DNA of 58,813 bases from a virus (lineage: Duplodnaviria; Caudoviricetes), in the IMG/VR virus record IMGVR_UViG_3300025543_000021, positions 1 to 58,813 of that record. The stretch is one strand, 5' to 3'. Position numbers and translations under genes: made by a program. Of this stretch, positions 20,417 to 30,156 are shown one piece after another (position 1 is the first letter of the stretch; every line of letters starts with the position of its first letter). The notes under the pieces are model-generated. The model was not told the DNA's origin. It saw nothing but the letters and a program-made list of their open reading frames with translations, and did not search any database.

Positions 20417-21940
20417 ATGTCGTTAGAAGAGCAGTTTGCCACCCGTTTCGCGGGGTTAAGACATGGATATAGTGTCTTTACCCCGACGAAAGAAACGCGG
20501 GAAGATGGTAAAGCGAAAGGGAAATACATAACAATATCACAAACTCTAAACCAGAAAGAACTATACGGTATCTGGGCAGAGCATTTGAAAGGAGAAAGAA
20601 GTCTCGGTATCGTACCGATAGATGAAAACAATATGTGTGTTTGGGGGTCTATAGATATAGATGATTACCCCTTAGATTTAAAAGGTTTATCTAAAAAGAT
20701 TAAAAAGTTCAAACTACCGTTGGTAGTTACCCGTTCTAAAAGCGGGGGTGCTCATATCTTCTTATTCGTTTTTGACCCTGTTGCGTGCTCTACGATGCAG
20801 AGGAAATTACGACAGATTTCTGCAGCTATTGGTTTCGGTCAATCTGAGATATTCCCTAAGCAAACCAAACTCTTATTGGAGCGCGGGGATAGAGGTAGTC
20901 CGTTACAGATGCCTTATTTCGGAGGAGAAGATTCTACTAGTTACGCTTTCGGAGCGTCAGGTAATGTCCTAACTCCAGAAGAGTTTTTAGAGTATTGCGA
21001 TACGTTAGTTCTTACTGAGGAAGAATTAGATAAGTTAGAAGTAACTCCGATTATAGAAGATTCGGAATGGCTATCTCATTCGCCACCTTGTTTAGAACAC
21101 CTGATCGCTCAGGGGTTTCCGAAAGGTATGCGTAATTCAGGGTTATTTAACGTAGGTGTATTCTTACGCAAAAAGTTCCCTGACGATTGGGAGTCTAGGG
21201 TTGAGCAGATAAACCATAAACATTTTAATCCACCGTTAAGTGCACAAGAAGTATTAACAGTTTCTAAGCAGGTTCAGAAAAAAGATTACTTTTATAAATG
21301 TAACGATCAGCCGATAGCTGGGCATTGTAATAGCCCGTTATGTCGGACTAGAAAGTTCGGTATTGGAGCTTCTGGAGGTACACCGTTATTTAGTAACCTT
21401 ACTAAACAGAACAGTGATCCCCCGATATGGTTCTTAGATGTCGAAGGCGGTAGGTTAGAACTAGAAACAGAAGAGCTGTTAAACCAAACACGGTTCCAGA
21501 AAAAGTGTATGGATAGTTTGAACCTTATCCCACCGAAAGTACGGGATAACGTATGGCGCACAATTATTCAGCAATTACTTGATACCCTGACTATTATTGA
21601 AGTACCTAAAGATGCTTCGACTGAAGGTCATTTTAACGAGTTACTTGAAACATTTTGTACTGAACGACCAGCTAGAGAGCGTGACGAGCTATTACTTGGG
21701 AAACCGTGGACAGATAAAGACAGGACATATTTCAGGTTAGCAGATCTTATGGATTTCTTACACCGTAAGAATTTTAGAGATTACCCTAGAAATAAGTTAA
21801 GTGCGAAATTAAAGAATATGGGCGGGGAAGCGCATTTCTTTAACATTAAGGGTAAAGGCGCAAACGTCTGGCATATACCAGAGTTCCAAGCGCAAAGCGA
21901 ATCGCACACCTTGCCTGAATTTAACGATAGTCCGTTATGA
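20417..21940 (+). CDS. AEP-superfamily primase (PrimPol-like) with PriCT-like region
   Basis: IDIDD (DxD), RSKSGGAH, PPCL...GMRN and a Cys cluster. Confidence 0.8.
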   Translation: MSLEEQFATRFAGLRHGYSVFTPTKETREDGKAKGKYITISQTLNQKELYGIWAEHLKGERSLGIVPIDENNMCVWGSIDIDDYPLDLKGLSKKIKKFKLPLVVTRSKSGGAHIFLFVFDPVACSTMQRKLRQISAAIGFGQSEIFPKQTKLLLERGDRGSPLQMPYFGGEDSTSYAFGASGNVLTPEEFLEYCDTLVLTEEELDKLEVTPIIEDSEWLSHSPPCLEHLIAQGFPKGMRNSGLFNVGVFLRKKFPDDWESRVEQINHKHFNPPLSAQEVLTVSKQVQKKDYFYKCNDQPIAGHCNSPLCRTRKFGIGASGGTPLFSNLTKQNSDPPIWFLDVEGGRLELETEELLNQTRFQKKCMDSLNLIPPKVRDNVWRTIIQQLLDTLTIIEVPKDASTEGHFNELLETFCTERPARERDELLLGKPWTDKDRTYFRLADLMDFLHRKNFRDYPRNKLSAKLKNMGGEAHFFNIKGKGANVWHIPEFQAQSESHTLPEFNDSPL

Positions 21941-23433
21941 CATTAAAAGCAGGAGCACAGATAATCCTTGGGCCTCCAGGAACGGGTAAAACCAGTACGC
22001 TATTAGGTTTATTAGAAGAAGAATTAGATCGGGGGACTTGCCCAGAAGATATTGGGTTTTTTACTTTTACTAAACAAGCAGTACAAGAAGGCAAAAGCAG
22101 AGCGATGTCGAGGTTCTCGATAACAAAAACACAGTTACCGTATTTTAGAACATTACATTCACTTTGTTTTTTCCAATTAGGTCTATCGAAAGATAGTGTT
22201 ATGGGTTCAAGAGATATTGGTGAGTTAAACCAAAAGTTGAACCTACGACTTACCGGATCTGTAAATTCAGAAGAAGGCCATATCTCTAGTATATCGAAAG
22301 ACGACAAACTGTTGTTTATCGAAAACTTAGCTCGGATGAGACAGATAAGTTTAGAGTCTCAATGGCACGATGCCGACGATGCCGTTGGTTGGTTTGAATT
22401 AGAGAGATTTTCTAACGGATTAAAACTGTTTAAAAAAGATAGATTACTTATCGACTATACCGATATGTTGCAGTTGTTTTTAGATCGAGGCCGCGCACCT
22501 AAATTAGATGTAATGTTCGTTGACGAAGCACAGGATCTATCACCTTTGCAATGGGCGGTTGTTAGAAAGCTATGTGAATCAGCAGATAGGATTTATATCG
22601 CAGGTGACGATGACCAAGCTATTTATAGATGGGCTGGAGCAGACGTTGATTATTTGATTCGTAATTCTAAAGATGCGATGATATTAAAACAATCTTATAG
22701 AATCCCTTCTTCTGTACATACGATCGCGCAGCAGTGTATAGGACAAGTAGCTTCGAGAATCCATAAAGTTTGGGAACCTAGAAAAGAAGTAGGTCATGTT
22801 TCGTGGGAACCGTCTTACGAATCAATAGATATGGAACACGGACAGTGGTTGGTATTAGCTAGGACTAATTACTTACTAAACGGGATCGAAGAACACTGTA
22901 GATCTGAAGGTTGGTTTTATAAAAGTAAAAATAGAACCAGTGTTTCGGAGAAAAAAGTAAAAGCAGTTAAGGATTGGGAAACGCTGCGCAAGGGGGGCGT
23001 TATACCGATCATTGATCTTACCAAAGTCCTTCTTTATATGAAGATACCTGTACCTATCTCCCTAGAAAGAACCGACTTTGATAGTAATGTTTCTTTCGAA
23101 CAAGCTCAGGGTTACGTCCCAAGTTTAAAGAAAGAATATTGGTACGATTTATTCGAAGGAATCCCAGTTTCTGAGCGAAGTTATATTAGAGCGATGCTTA
23201 GACGCGGAGAAAAAATTACAAAAGACCCTCGGATTAAACTTTCTACTATCCACGCTGCTAAAGGTGGTGAAGCAGATAACGTAATTTTATTAACAGATAT
23301 ATCTAACCGGATATATAAATCATATCAACAAAACCCTGATGATGAATCGCGGGTGTTTTATGTTGGGTTAACTAGAGCAAAGGAGAACTTGTTTTTAATT
23401 GAGCCGCAAACTCAAAAATATTTCCCACTTTAG
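21937..23433 (+). CDS. UvrD/Rep-like SF1 helicase
   Basis: GPPGTGKT, DEAQD, GDDDQAIY, STIHAAKGGE, YVGLTRAK. Confidence 0.92.
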   Translation: MTLKAGAQIILGPPGTGKTSTLLGLLEEELDRGTCPEDIGFFTFTKQAVQEGKSRAMSRFSITKTQLPYFRTLHSLCFFQLGLSKDSVMGSRDIGELNQKLNLRLTGSVNSEEGHISSISKDDKLLFIENLARMRQISLESQWHDADDAVGWFELERFSNGLKLFKKDRLLIDYTDMLQLFLDRGRAPKLDVMFVDEAQDLSPLQWAVVRKLCESADRIYIAGDDDQAIYRWAGADVDYLIRNSKDAMILKQSYRIPSSVHTIAQQCIGQVASRIHKVWEPRKEVGHVSWEPSYESIDMEHGQWLVLARTNYLLNGIEEHCRSEGWFYKSKNRTSVSEKKVKAVKDWETLRKGGVIPIIDLTKVLLYMKIPVPISLERTDFDSNVSFEQAQGYVPSLKKEYWYDLFEGIPVSERSYIRAMLRRGEKITKDPRIKLSTIHAAKGGEADNVILLTDISNRIYKSYQQNPDDESRVFYVGLTRAKENLFLIEPQTQKYFPL

Positions 23434-23465
23434 TCCTTTACTTTGGTAAAGTAGTAAGGTAAAGT
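23431..23465 (+). promoter_or_regulatory. Sigma70-like promoter of the DNA-modification/polymerase operon
   Basis: TAGTCC-TTTACT-17 nt-TAAAGT, followed by a TAGAAAGGAG RBS. Confidence 0.65.
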
Positions 23466-23490
23466 AGTAAAACCTAGAAAGGAGAAAATA

Positions 23491-23991
23491 ATGAACATCT
23501 TTGTAACTGATCCGTGCCCTATACAAAGTGCACAAGAACAGTGTGATAAACACGTTGTTAAAATGATATTAGAGTCTGCTCAAATGTTATCTACCGCGTG
23601 GCGAGTATTTGATGATAAAGCTGCTGAAAATGCAGGAATGTATAAACAGGCTTATTTAAACCATCCGTGTACGGTATGGGCTAGAGAAGCTCAAGAAAAC
23701 TATATCTGGCTATATAACCATTTCGATGCGCTATGTACCGAATATACAGAACGCTATAACAAAAACCACGCTTCCTCAAGATTACTAGCCGCATTGTTCT
23801 GGACTCCGTTTGCACCTGAAAAACAAATAGATTTTAAAAAACAACCAGAACGCTTTGCATTAGCAATGCCTGATGAATATAAAACAGAAAATGTTTACGA
23901 TTCGTACCGTAACTATCTCATTAACGAGAAAAGTTACTTTGCTAAATGGGATAAAAATCCTTCAAGAAAACCAACATGGTGGAATAATTAA
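23491..23991 (+). CDS. Pyrimidine-dimer DNA glycosylase (DenV)-superfamily-like protein
   Basis: MNIF, DKHVVKMILESAQMLST, NHPCTVWAR, EYTERY and AMPDEYK motifs. Confidence 0.7.
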   Translation: MNIFVTDPCPIQSAQEQCDKHVVKMILESAQMLSTAWRVFDDKAAENAGMYKQAYLNHPCTVWAREAQENYIWLYNHFDALCTEYTERYNKNHASSRLLAALFWTPFAPEKQIDFKKQPERFALAMPDEYKTENVYDSYRNYLINEKSYFAKWDKNPSRKPTWWNN

Positions 23992-24854
23992 TGGCCTCTA
24001 TAAGAAAGAAGCTCGACGAAAATGTCAACGACAGTAAAAATACCCGTATGGATATTGCCAGCGGTAATATGCTAGGTAACTGGCGTCCTGACGAAATTAC
24101 TCACATGACCCGCTACGATAAAATATCGTCGTTATGTATTGAACTAGCTAAACAGCTAGGCAGACCTATCGACGTACTCGAAGCAGGGTGCGGAGAAATC
24201 TGGGTTCTTAGGAATCTCTATAAAGCCTATACCGTTAAAAAGTCCGATGTTATTCGTTCGTATCGCGGCGTAGATATTGACCCTGCGTGTCTCAATGAAA
24301 AGTCAGGTTATAGCAGCCCTACTGGATTTGTACCAGATTCAACTTGGTTCGCTAATTTTAACGGTCAGATTGATATTCAAGATTTAACGACTAACCCTAT
24401 CTTTGATATGCCCGATAACTCTGTAGACTTTTTCTGGACTACTGAAGTAATCGAACATATGGGTAGCGAGTTTATTTCAGCGTGGTTAGATGATGCGAAT
24501 AGAGTTTTACGTCCAGGAGGCTTGATTTATGTTTCCACGCCTAACCACGACGGTTCTAACGATAAGCTACCTGAAGACCACGTTTACGAATGGGGTTTCG
24601 ATGAACTTAAAAAAGAACTTACTAAAGCAGAACGACAGTGGTATTTGCAATCAGTAGTAGGAACTTTTTGCCAGATGCCTAAACTCCGAGCAGCAATGCA
24701 AAAGGATAAAGATGCTGGTACAGAGCGTTGGACTTTCGATCAGTTCAATTTACTACAAGAACGATATGGTAAACAGTTTTTGCGAGTAACGGCGGCAACC
24801 TTCTTTCCAGAAGTATCTAATAACTGCGCATGGATATTGAGAAAGAAACCGTGA
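23991..24854 (+). CDS. Class I SAM-dependent methyltransferase (small-molecule type)
   Basis: VLEAGCGE motif I, GVDID, EVIEH, RVLRPGGLIYVSTPN. No DPPY/NPPY or PC motif of DNA methyltransferases. Confidence 0.85.
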   Translation: MASIRKKLDENVNDSKNTRMDIASGNMLGNWRPDEITHMTRYDKISSLCIELAKQLGRPIDVLEAGCGEIWVLRNLYKAYTVKKSDVIRSYRGVDIDPACLNEKSGYSSPTGFVPDSTWFANFNGQIDIQDLTTNPIFDMPDNSVDFFWTTEVIEHMGSEFISAWLDDANRVLRPGGLIYVSTPNHDGSNDKLPEDHVYEWGFDELKKELTKAERQWYLQSVVGTFCQMPKLRAAMQKDKDAGTERWTFDQFNLLQERYGKQFLRVTAATFFPEVSNNCAWILRKKP

Positions 24855-25762
24855 ATCGTTTTATTCCCGAAGAACTAGATCGCTATACCTATTGGATAGA
24901 AGAGCGTGAGCGTATTCGGCATTTAAAGGAAGAGCTTAAACAAGACCCTCCTTGGACAGAAGACCCGATTCTTAAAGAGTTTAAGTTTTGTCAGGTTTTT
25001 CGAGAAGACGATAGAACAACTCGGTGGTTCCGCACACATATGCGAGAACCATTAAGGAATAGTCCTGATGTTTTTATGGCGACGATAGCTTTCCGTTTCT
25101 TTAATCTTATTGAAACAGGTAGAACGCTACTCGATAACAATTTACATATCGAATGGGATCGACCGAAAGCTATTGAAGAAATAAAGAAAAACCCTAAATG
25201 GATTACAGGGGCATACATTGTTAAAAGTCCTAATCGTATGGATAAGGTAACAGGCGTAACAGAATGTGTATCCCATCTCTGGGATGATAGGGAAAACATT
25301 ATTAAACAACTTGAATCGTTTACTACGTTAGAAGAAGCATGGCGGTTTTTAATGCAGTACCCGTATATCGGGCCATTCGTTTCTTACGAAATGGTTACAG
25401 ATCTCAGACATACATACCTGTTAGAAAACGCAACAGATATATGTAGTTGGGGTAATCCAGGACCAGGAGCGATGAGAGGGTTAAACAGGCTAACAGGTAG
25501 GCCGTTAGAATTTTGTAAACGATCTTGGGACTGGCATAGCGAAATGCTAGACCTGTACGATTGGTGCTCGCAAAAACTAGACCTTAGTAAACTTAATTAC
25601 CCGTTTGAAATGAGAGAAGTAGAAGGCGGGTTATGTGAGTTTGATAAATACTCTCGTATTTTAAAAGGCCAAGGTCGGACACGAAGCGTATACAACTATT
25701 CAGAAAGAAACCGTCCTTTAATCGAGGACATAGAGAATGGAGAAAGTAGATGGGAAAATTAA
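24830..25762 (+). CDS. aGPT-Pplase1 / 5-hmdU DNA kinase helical-domain family protein
   Basis: YWIEERERIR, PPWTEDPILKEFKFCQVFREDDRTT, FRFFN, IGPFVSYEMVTDL, GPGAMRGL and LCEFDKY motifs. Confidence 0.8.
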   Translation: MDIEKETVNRFIPEELDRYTYWIEERERIRHLKEELKQDPPWTEDPILKEFKFCQVFREDDRTTRWFRTHMREPLRNSPDVFMATIAFRFFNLIETGRTLLDNNLHIEWDRPKAIEEIKKNPKWITGAYIVKSPNRMDKVTGVTECVSHLWDDRENIIKQLESFTTLEEAWRFLMQYPYIGPFVSYEMVTDLRHTYLLENATDICSWGNPGPGAMRGLNRLTGRPLEFCKRSWDWHSEMLDLYDWCSQKLDLSKLNYPFEMREVEGGLCEFDKYSRILKGQGRTRSVYNYSERNRPLIEDIENGESRWEN

Positions 25763-25986
25763 AAGAGTTACTCGTAGATTTAGATGAAAACCATACTGAC
25801 TTTGTAATGGAGCATTATGGAATATTTCTACAAAACTGTATGAAAAACAAAGAAATGCCAAATACATGGGAAGATGCAATAAACGCGATTCATTGGGCTG
25901 CATTGTTTAACGGCAATGAGTTAGGTCGATTACAGATTCAGTACATTCTTACACAACAAACGGAGAGTCTTTATGAAAGTGATTAG
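25750..25986 (+). CDS. Small hypothetical protein inside the modification cluster
   Basis: 78 aa, GGAG RBS, overlaps both neighbours. Confidence 0.6.
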   Translation: MGKLKELLVDLDENHTDFVMEHYGIFLQNCMKNKEMPNTWEDAINAIHWAALFNGNELGRLQIQYILTQQTESLYESD

Positions 25987-27028
25987 TGCAGTTAACGTAA
26001 ACGACGCGTTAGCTAAAGGCGTTGATTTATTCAATAGTCCAATTAATTACAGGACGCAGGAAAGTCGTAATGGAACGACGATGGAAGCATTGTCTCCTGT
26101 AACTACAGTGTATAAAAAACCTTGGCAACGAGTGTTGTTTAATCAAGAACGAGACGCTAACCCTTTCTTTCATTTATATGAATCAATATGGATGTTAGCA
26201 GGATCACAAGATTTAAAAAAACTAACGCATTTTAACGCAGGAATGGCTAACTTTTCTGACGATGAGGAAACTTTAAACGGATCATATGGATACCGTTGGA
26301 GACGACAGTTCGGTTACGACCAAATACCCCGTGTTGTAAATATGTTAAAAAACGACCCCGATTCTCGCAGGGTAGTTCTTCAAATGTGGGATGGGGTTTT
26401 AGATTTAGATAGTAGTAGCAAAGACATCCCGTGTAATACAAACATCTATTTTAAAGTTCGAGATAATAAATTACAGATGACCGTTTGTAATCGATCGAAC
26501 GATATGATCTGGGGAGCGTATGGAGCTAACGCAGTTCATATGTCAGTATTACAGGAATATGTAGCCGCGAGTTTAAGCGTAGAAATGGGGCCGTATTATC
26601 AAGTAAGTGATAGTTTCCATGTCTACCAAAATAAAGAATGGGATAAAGTTAAACACTTAACCAGCGACCCGTTCAATACGTTATATAACCAAGCGATCTA
26701 CCCTGACGAACATTATCCGTTATGTAGCGACCCAGGAAACTTCATATCTGATTGCCAAAACTTTATAGAAGCAGCAGTTCCCCCTAGATATATGGCAGGT
26801 AATCCTGAATTAGTAGAAACATGGCCAGCGATATACGGGGGGTATAAAAACTATTTCTTCCCAGAAGTTTTAATACCTATGGTACAAGCCTATTTAGCAC
26901 ATAAGGATCGAAAGTATGAAAAGTGTTACGACTTTCTTGCACAAATTAAAGCTGAAGATTGGCAACAAGCCTGTGTCCAGTGGATTAAAAAACGAGAAGC
27001 TAATTGGAGAAAGAAAAATGCCTCTTGA
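25973..27028 (+). CDS. Thymidylate-synthase-fold enzyme, probable dUMP hydroxymethylase
   Basis: Catalytic DIPCN, NRSND, WGAYGANAVH (Asn at the dU-specificity position), SFHVY and ANPFFHLYE. Diverged from canonical ThyA and adjacent to a 5hmdU-kinase-family gene. Confidence 0.8.
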   Translation: MKVISAVNVNDALAKGVDLFNSPINYRTQESRNGTTMEALSPVTTVYKKPWQRVLFNQERDANPFFHLYESIWMLAGSQDLKKLTHFNAGMANFSDDEETLNGSYGYRWRRQFGYDQIPRVVNMLKNDPDSRRVVLQMWDGVLDLDSSSKDIPCNTNIYFKVRDNKLQMTVCNRSNDMIWGAYGANAVHMSVLQEYVAASLSVEMGPYYQVSDSFHVYQNKEWDKVKHLTSDPFNTLYNQAIYPDEHYPLCSDPGNFISDCQNFIEAAVPPRYMAGNPELVETWPAIYGGYKNYFFPEVLIPMVQAYLAHKDRKYEKCYDFLAQIKAEDWQQACVQWIKKREANWRKKNAS

Positions 27029-27371
27029 TATTAAATGGACTGAGATGAAAAACATTGCTCAGGAGGATATTGTAAGCCTGATCGACTCAGAAAAATCTTA
27101 CGGAGATTCGTGGAAACGTAGAGGCGGTACAGGTGCTTTTATGATGTTAGCTCGGAAATTCGATAGGATCGAACAACAAGCAGAATCTTGTAACTTCGAT
27201 GTATTTAAAGCTGGGGAAAAATACGACGGAGACGACGGTATCCTCGACGATATTGGAGACCTTCGTAGGTATCTATATTTAGTCGAGCACCATATTCGTT
27301 ATGCAATAGGCGAAGAGTTATCTAGTTATTCGGAGGAAGAAAATAATGCAGATCCCTCTGATCCAACCTGA
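27018..27371 (+). CDS. All-alpha NTP pyrophosphatase/MazG-like nucleotide-modification-associated protein (possible dTTPase/dUTPase)
   Basis: KSYGDSWKRRG, RKFDRI and DDIGDLRRY motifs. GGAG RBS before the ATG at 27018. Confidence 0.6.
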   Translation: MPLDIKWTEMKNIAQEDIVSLIDSEKSYGDSWKRRGGTGAFMMLARKFDRIEQQAESCNFDVFKAGEKYDGDDGILDDIGDLRRYLYLVEHHIRYAIGEELSSYSEEENNADPSDPT

Positions 27372-29208
27372 AAGCGATTGGATAGCTCCGCAGGTTTTAC
27401 CTCGGTTCGATCCATATGAAACATTAGCGGTCGACTTAGAAACGTATGACCCTAATTTGATTAACCGTGGGCCAGGATGGGCTACAGGTGACGGTCACAT
27501 TGTTGGGATAGCTATCGCTTCTGATACATGGTCAGGGTATTTACCAATACGGCACGAGAACGGCGGCAATCTTGAAGAGGAGATTGTTTTACGTTGGTTA
27601 AAAAGAACCTTTGAAAATCATAAAGGTACGATGGTTTTCCATAATTCACTTTACGATGTTGGTTGGTTAAAGCGTGAAGGTGTCAATCTTACTTGCCCTT
27701 TACGAGATACGATGTTTGCAGCCCCGTTACTAGATGAAAATAGACGATCATATTCGTTAAATAATTTAGGTAAGGATTTACTAGCTGAAGAAAAAGACGA
27801 AACACTGCTCGAGATGGCAGCTAAAACGTGGGGCGTTAACGCAAAGAGCGGGATGTACGCGCTCCCAGCTAAGTATGTAGGGCCGTATGCGGAACAGGAC
27901 GCAGTTCTAACCTTAAAGCTCTGGAAGCTCCTCAGTAAGCGTATAGAAGCCGAAGGGCTACAGAAAATATTCGATTTAGAATGCGACCTTATACCGTTAT
28001 TGATCGAGATGAGATGGCGCGGCGTTAGGATCGACACTAATCGAGCAGAGCAAGCCTCGGAACAATTATCTAAAAAAGAGCAGCAGCTATTAGTAGAAAT
28101 TAAACGAAGGTTCGGGATTAGTGTAGATATTTGGGCAAGTGCTTCGATACAAAAAGCATTCGACGCTAACGATATTTGGTATCCACATACCGAAAAAGGA
28201 TCTCCTAGCTTCCAAGGCCCGTGGCTAGAGTCTCACGAACACGATCTACCGAAAATGATTGTAGAAGCTCGGAGGATTAATAAAGCTCGGACTACGTTTA
28301 TCGAAGGAGCGATACTACAGTATTCCCATAACGGTCGGATCCACGCTGAAGCGCACCCACTTAAAAATGACGGCGGCGGGACAGTAACAGGTCGATTTAG
28401 TTATTCAAACCCTAATTTACAACAGATCCCTGCTCGAGACCCTGAGATCGGAAAGATGATCCGATCATTATTTATACCGGAAGAAGGCGCATCTTGGGGA
28501 GTATTCGATTACTCGCAACAAGAACCTAGGATTACGGTACATTATTCTGCGTTACTCGGATTACGAGGAGCAGCAGACGCTGTTAACGCTTATTCTAACG
28601 AAGGCGCAGATTTCCACCAGATCGTAGCAGATATGGCAGGGATACCTCGGAAACAAGCTAAGAATATAAACCTCGGACTAACCTACGGAATGGGACAGAA
28701 AAAACTAATTACTGAATTAGGACTCGATCCAGACGAAGCGTTAAAACTTCTAAATACATACCATGCAAGAGTACCTTTTATTAAAGGGATTCAAGATATG
28801 TGTTCTCGAATGGGAGAACAGCGAGGATATATAACAACATTAGGCGGTCGGAAATGTCATTTCGATCTATGGGAACCAGTCGGATATTTACACGGCGAAA
28901 AACATACTCCTTTGCCAGAGCAGGAAGCGCGAGAAAAGTATGGCGATAATTTAAAACGATCGTTTACATACAAAGCTCTTAACAAACTAATCCAAGGTTC
29001 CGCAGCTGATATGACTAAACTAGCTATGAGAGATCTCTGGAAAGAAGGAATGGTTCCGCATATAGGTATTCACGATGAACTAGATTATTCGATCTTTAAT
29101 AAAGAGCAGTCGGATATGGTGATCGATCGAATGGTTAACTGCGTAGATTTAAAAGTCCCGTTAGTTGTAGATTATGAAACAGGAATAAATTGGGGTGAAG
29201 CAAAGTAA
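27346..29208 (+). CDS. polA: DNA polymerase family A with 3'-5' exonuclease
   Basis: Exonuclease DLET, HNSLYD, YAEQD. Polymerase TGRFS, NLQQIP, DYSQQEPR, KNINLGLTYGMG, IQGSAAD, HDEL. Confidence 0.95.
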   Translation: MQIPLIQPESDWIAPQVLPRFDPYETLAVDLETYDPNLINRGPGWATGDGHIVGIAIASDTWSGYLPIRHENGGNLEEEIVLRWLKRTFENHKGTMVFHNSLYDVGWLKREGVNLTCPLRDTMFAAPLLDENRRSYSLNNLGKDLLAEEKDETLLEMAAKTWGVNAKSGMYALPAKYVGPYAEQDAVLTLKLWKLLSKRIEAEGLQKIFDLECDLIPLLIEMRWRGVRIDTNRAEQASEQLSKKEQQLLVEIKRRFGISVDIWASASIQKAFDANDIWYPHTEKGSPSFQGPWLESHEHDLPKMIVEARRINKARTTFIEGAILQYSHNGRIHAEAHPLKNDGGGTVTGRFSYSNPNLQQIPARDPEIGKMIRSLFIPEEGASWGVFDYSQQEPRITVHYSALLGLRGAADAVNAYSNEGADFHQIVADMAGIPRKQAKNINLGLTYGMGQKKLITELGLDPDEALKLLNTYHARVPFIKGIQDMCSRMGEQRGYITTLGGRKCHFDLWEPVGYLHGEKHTPLPEQEAREKYGDNLKRSFTYKALNKLIQGSAADMTKLAMRDLWKEGMVPHIGIHDELDYSIFNKEQSDMVIDRMVNCVDLKVPLVVDYETGINWGEAK

Positions 29209-29411
29209 TGAAAATTAAAAGTCTTAGTAAACAAGAGATCGAGAATTATGAAAAGATCTATAAAGAGATAGTTACCCTGTATAGCTCAGGTACGATGACT
29301 ATGAAAGAGATCGGAGAGAAGTTCGATATTACTAAACAAAGAGTTTGGCAAATAATTACTAAAATGGAAAAAGGGCAGGGAGACTATTATTATGAACACA
29401 GAAACAAATAA
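29208..29411 (+). CDS. Sigma70 region-4-like HTH protein
   Basis: TMKEIGEKFDITKQRVWQI. Confidence 0.75.
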   Translation: MKIKSLSKQEIENYEKIYKEIVTLYSSGTMTMKEIGEKFDITKQRVWQIITKMEKGQGDYYYEHRNK

Positions 29412-29715
29412 CCCAGAACTCGAATGGCTTAAATTCGAAAGTGATGATGAAGAAACACAATTAGTATTCAGTACGATGCACGAATGGTTAGAAGAGCTTA
29501 GAGGAGAAGGCAAAGTCGATATGATGGATACATATAAAGCTATGATGTTCGTCGGATTGACGAACTTAGTTTATCTTCAAAATTATACAAAACCAGAGAT
29601 CGATGAAGTAATGGAAATTCTTAAAAACAACACGTTTGAATTACTCGAGATGTTCGGGGATCGAGAAGGTATTTTCGATTTCCTTGCTAATAAAGAAGAG
29701 CCTTTACAGCACTGA
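29392..29715 (+). CDS. Acidic hypothetical protein
   Basis: 107 aa with GGAG RBS. Confidence 0.65.
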   Translation: MNTETNNPELEWLKFESDDEETQLVFSTMHEWLEELRGEGKVDMMDTYKAMMFVGLTNLVYLQNYTKPEIDEVMEILKNNTFELLEMFGDREGIFDFLANKEEPLQH

Positions 29716-29716
29716 A

Positions 29717-30124
29717 ATGCCAAAAGAAGCTGCTCTTTGGAGTTTAGTTAAACAACACCTACCGAAAGATGCTCATTTCCAACGGATCGAGACTGGTGGG
29801 ACGGGTCGGGGAGTCCCCGACGTAAACTATTGCCAGCAAGGGAAAGAAGTTTGGATCGAGTTAAAATCAGTTAGCGGATTAAAATCTGAAGTTAGCCCTT
29901 TCCAAATAGCATGGCTATATAACAGAGTTAAAAGCGGAGGGAATTGTTTCGTTTTAATTAGGAAAGTTAATAGCAAAGAAAAGGAGATAAAACTTTTTGA
30001 TGTAAACGGAATGACTTTAAAAGAATTAGGAGAGTTTAATTGGAAAAGCGAATCTGCGTTTACTCTACGCCCTCCTTACGAATGGGACGCGCTCTTTAAA
30101 TTCATTTTAAATTCTACGCTATAG
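29717..30124 (+). CDS. PD-(D/E)xK nuclease, VRR-NUC/Holliday-junction-resolvase-like
   Basis: RIETGGTGRGVPDV, WIELKS and SPFQIAW motifs. ATG at 29717 preferred to the TTG at 29636. Confidence 0.8.
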   Translation: MPKEAALWSLVKQHLPKDAHFQRIETGGTGRGVPDVNYCQQGKEVWIELKSVSGLKSEVSPFQIAWLYNRVKSGGNCFVLIRKVNSKEKEIKLFDVNGMTLKELGEFNWKSESAFTLRPPYEWDALFKFILNSTL

Positions 30125-30156
30125 TGCTTTACTATCGTTTTATCGGCGGTTAACCT
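30122..30156 (+). promoter_or_regulatory. Early promoter cassette
   Basis: TAGTGC-TTTACT-17 nt-TAACCT, then a hairpin (30164-30184) and RBS. Confidence 0.7.

Noticed and set aside
23991-24854. DNA adenine/cytosine methyltransferase call
   Set aside because: Lacks the DPPY/NPPY and PC catalytic motifs; the pattern is that of small-molecule class I methyltransferases.
25973-27028. dCMP hydroxymethylase (5hmC pathway)
   Set aside because: The specificity position reads Asn (GANAVH), not Asp, and the neighbour is a 5hmdU-kinase-family gene; no glycosyltransferase is seen.
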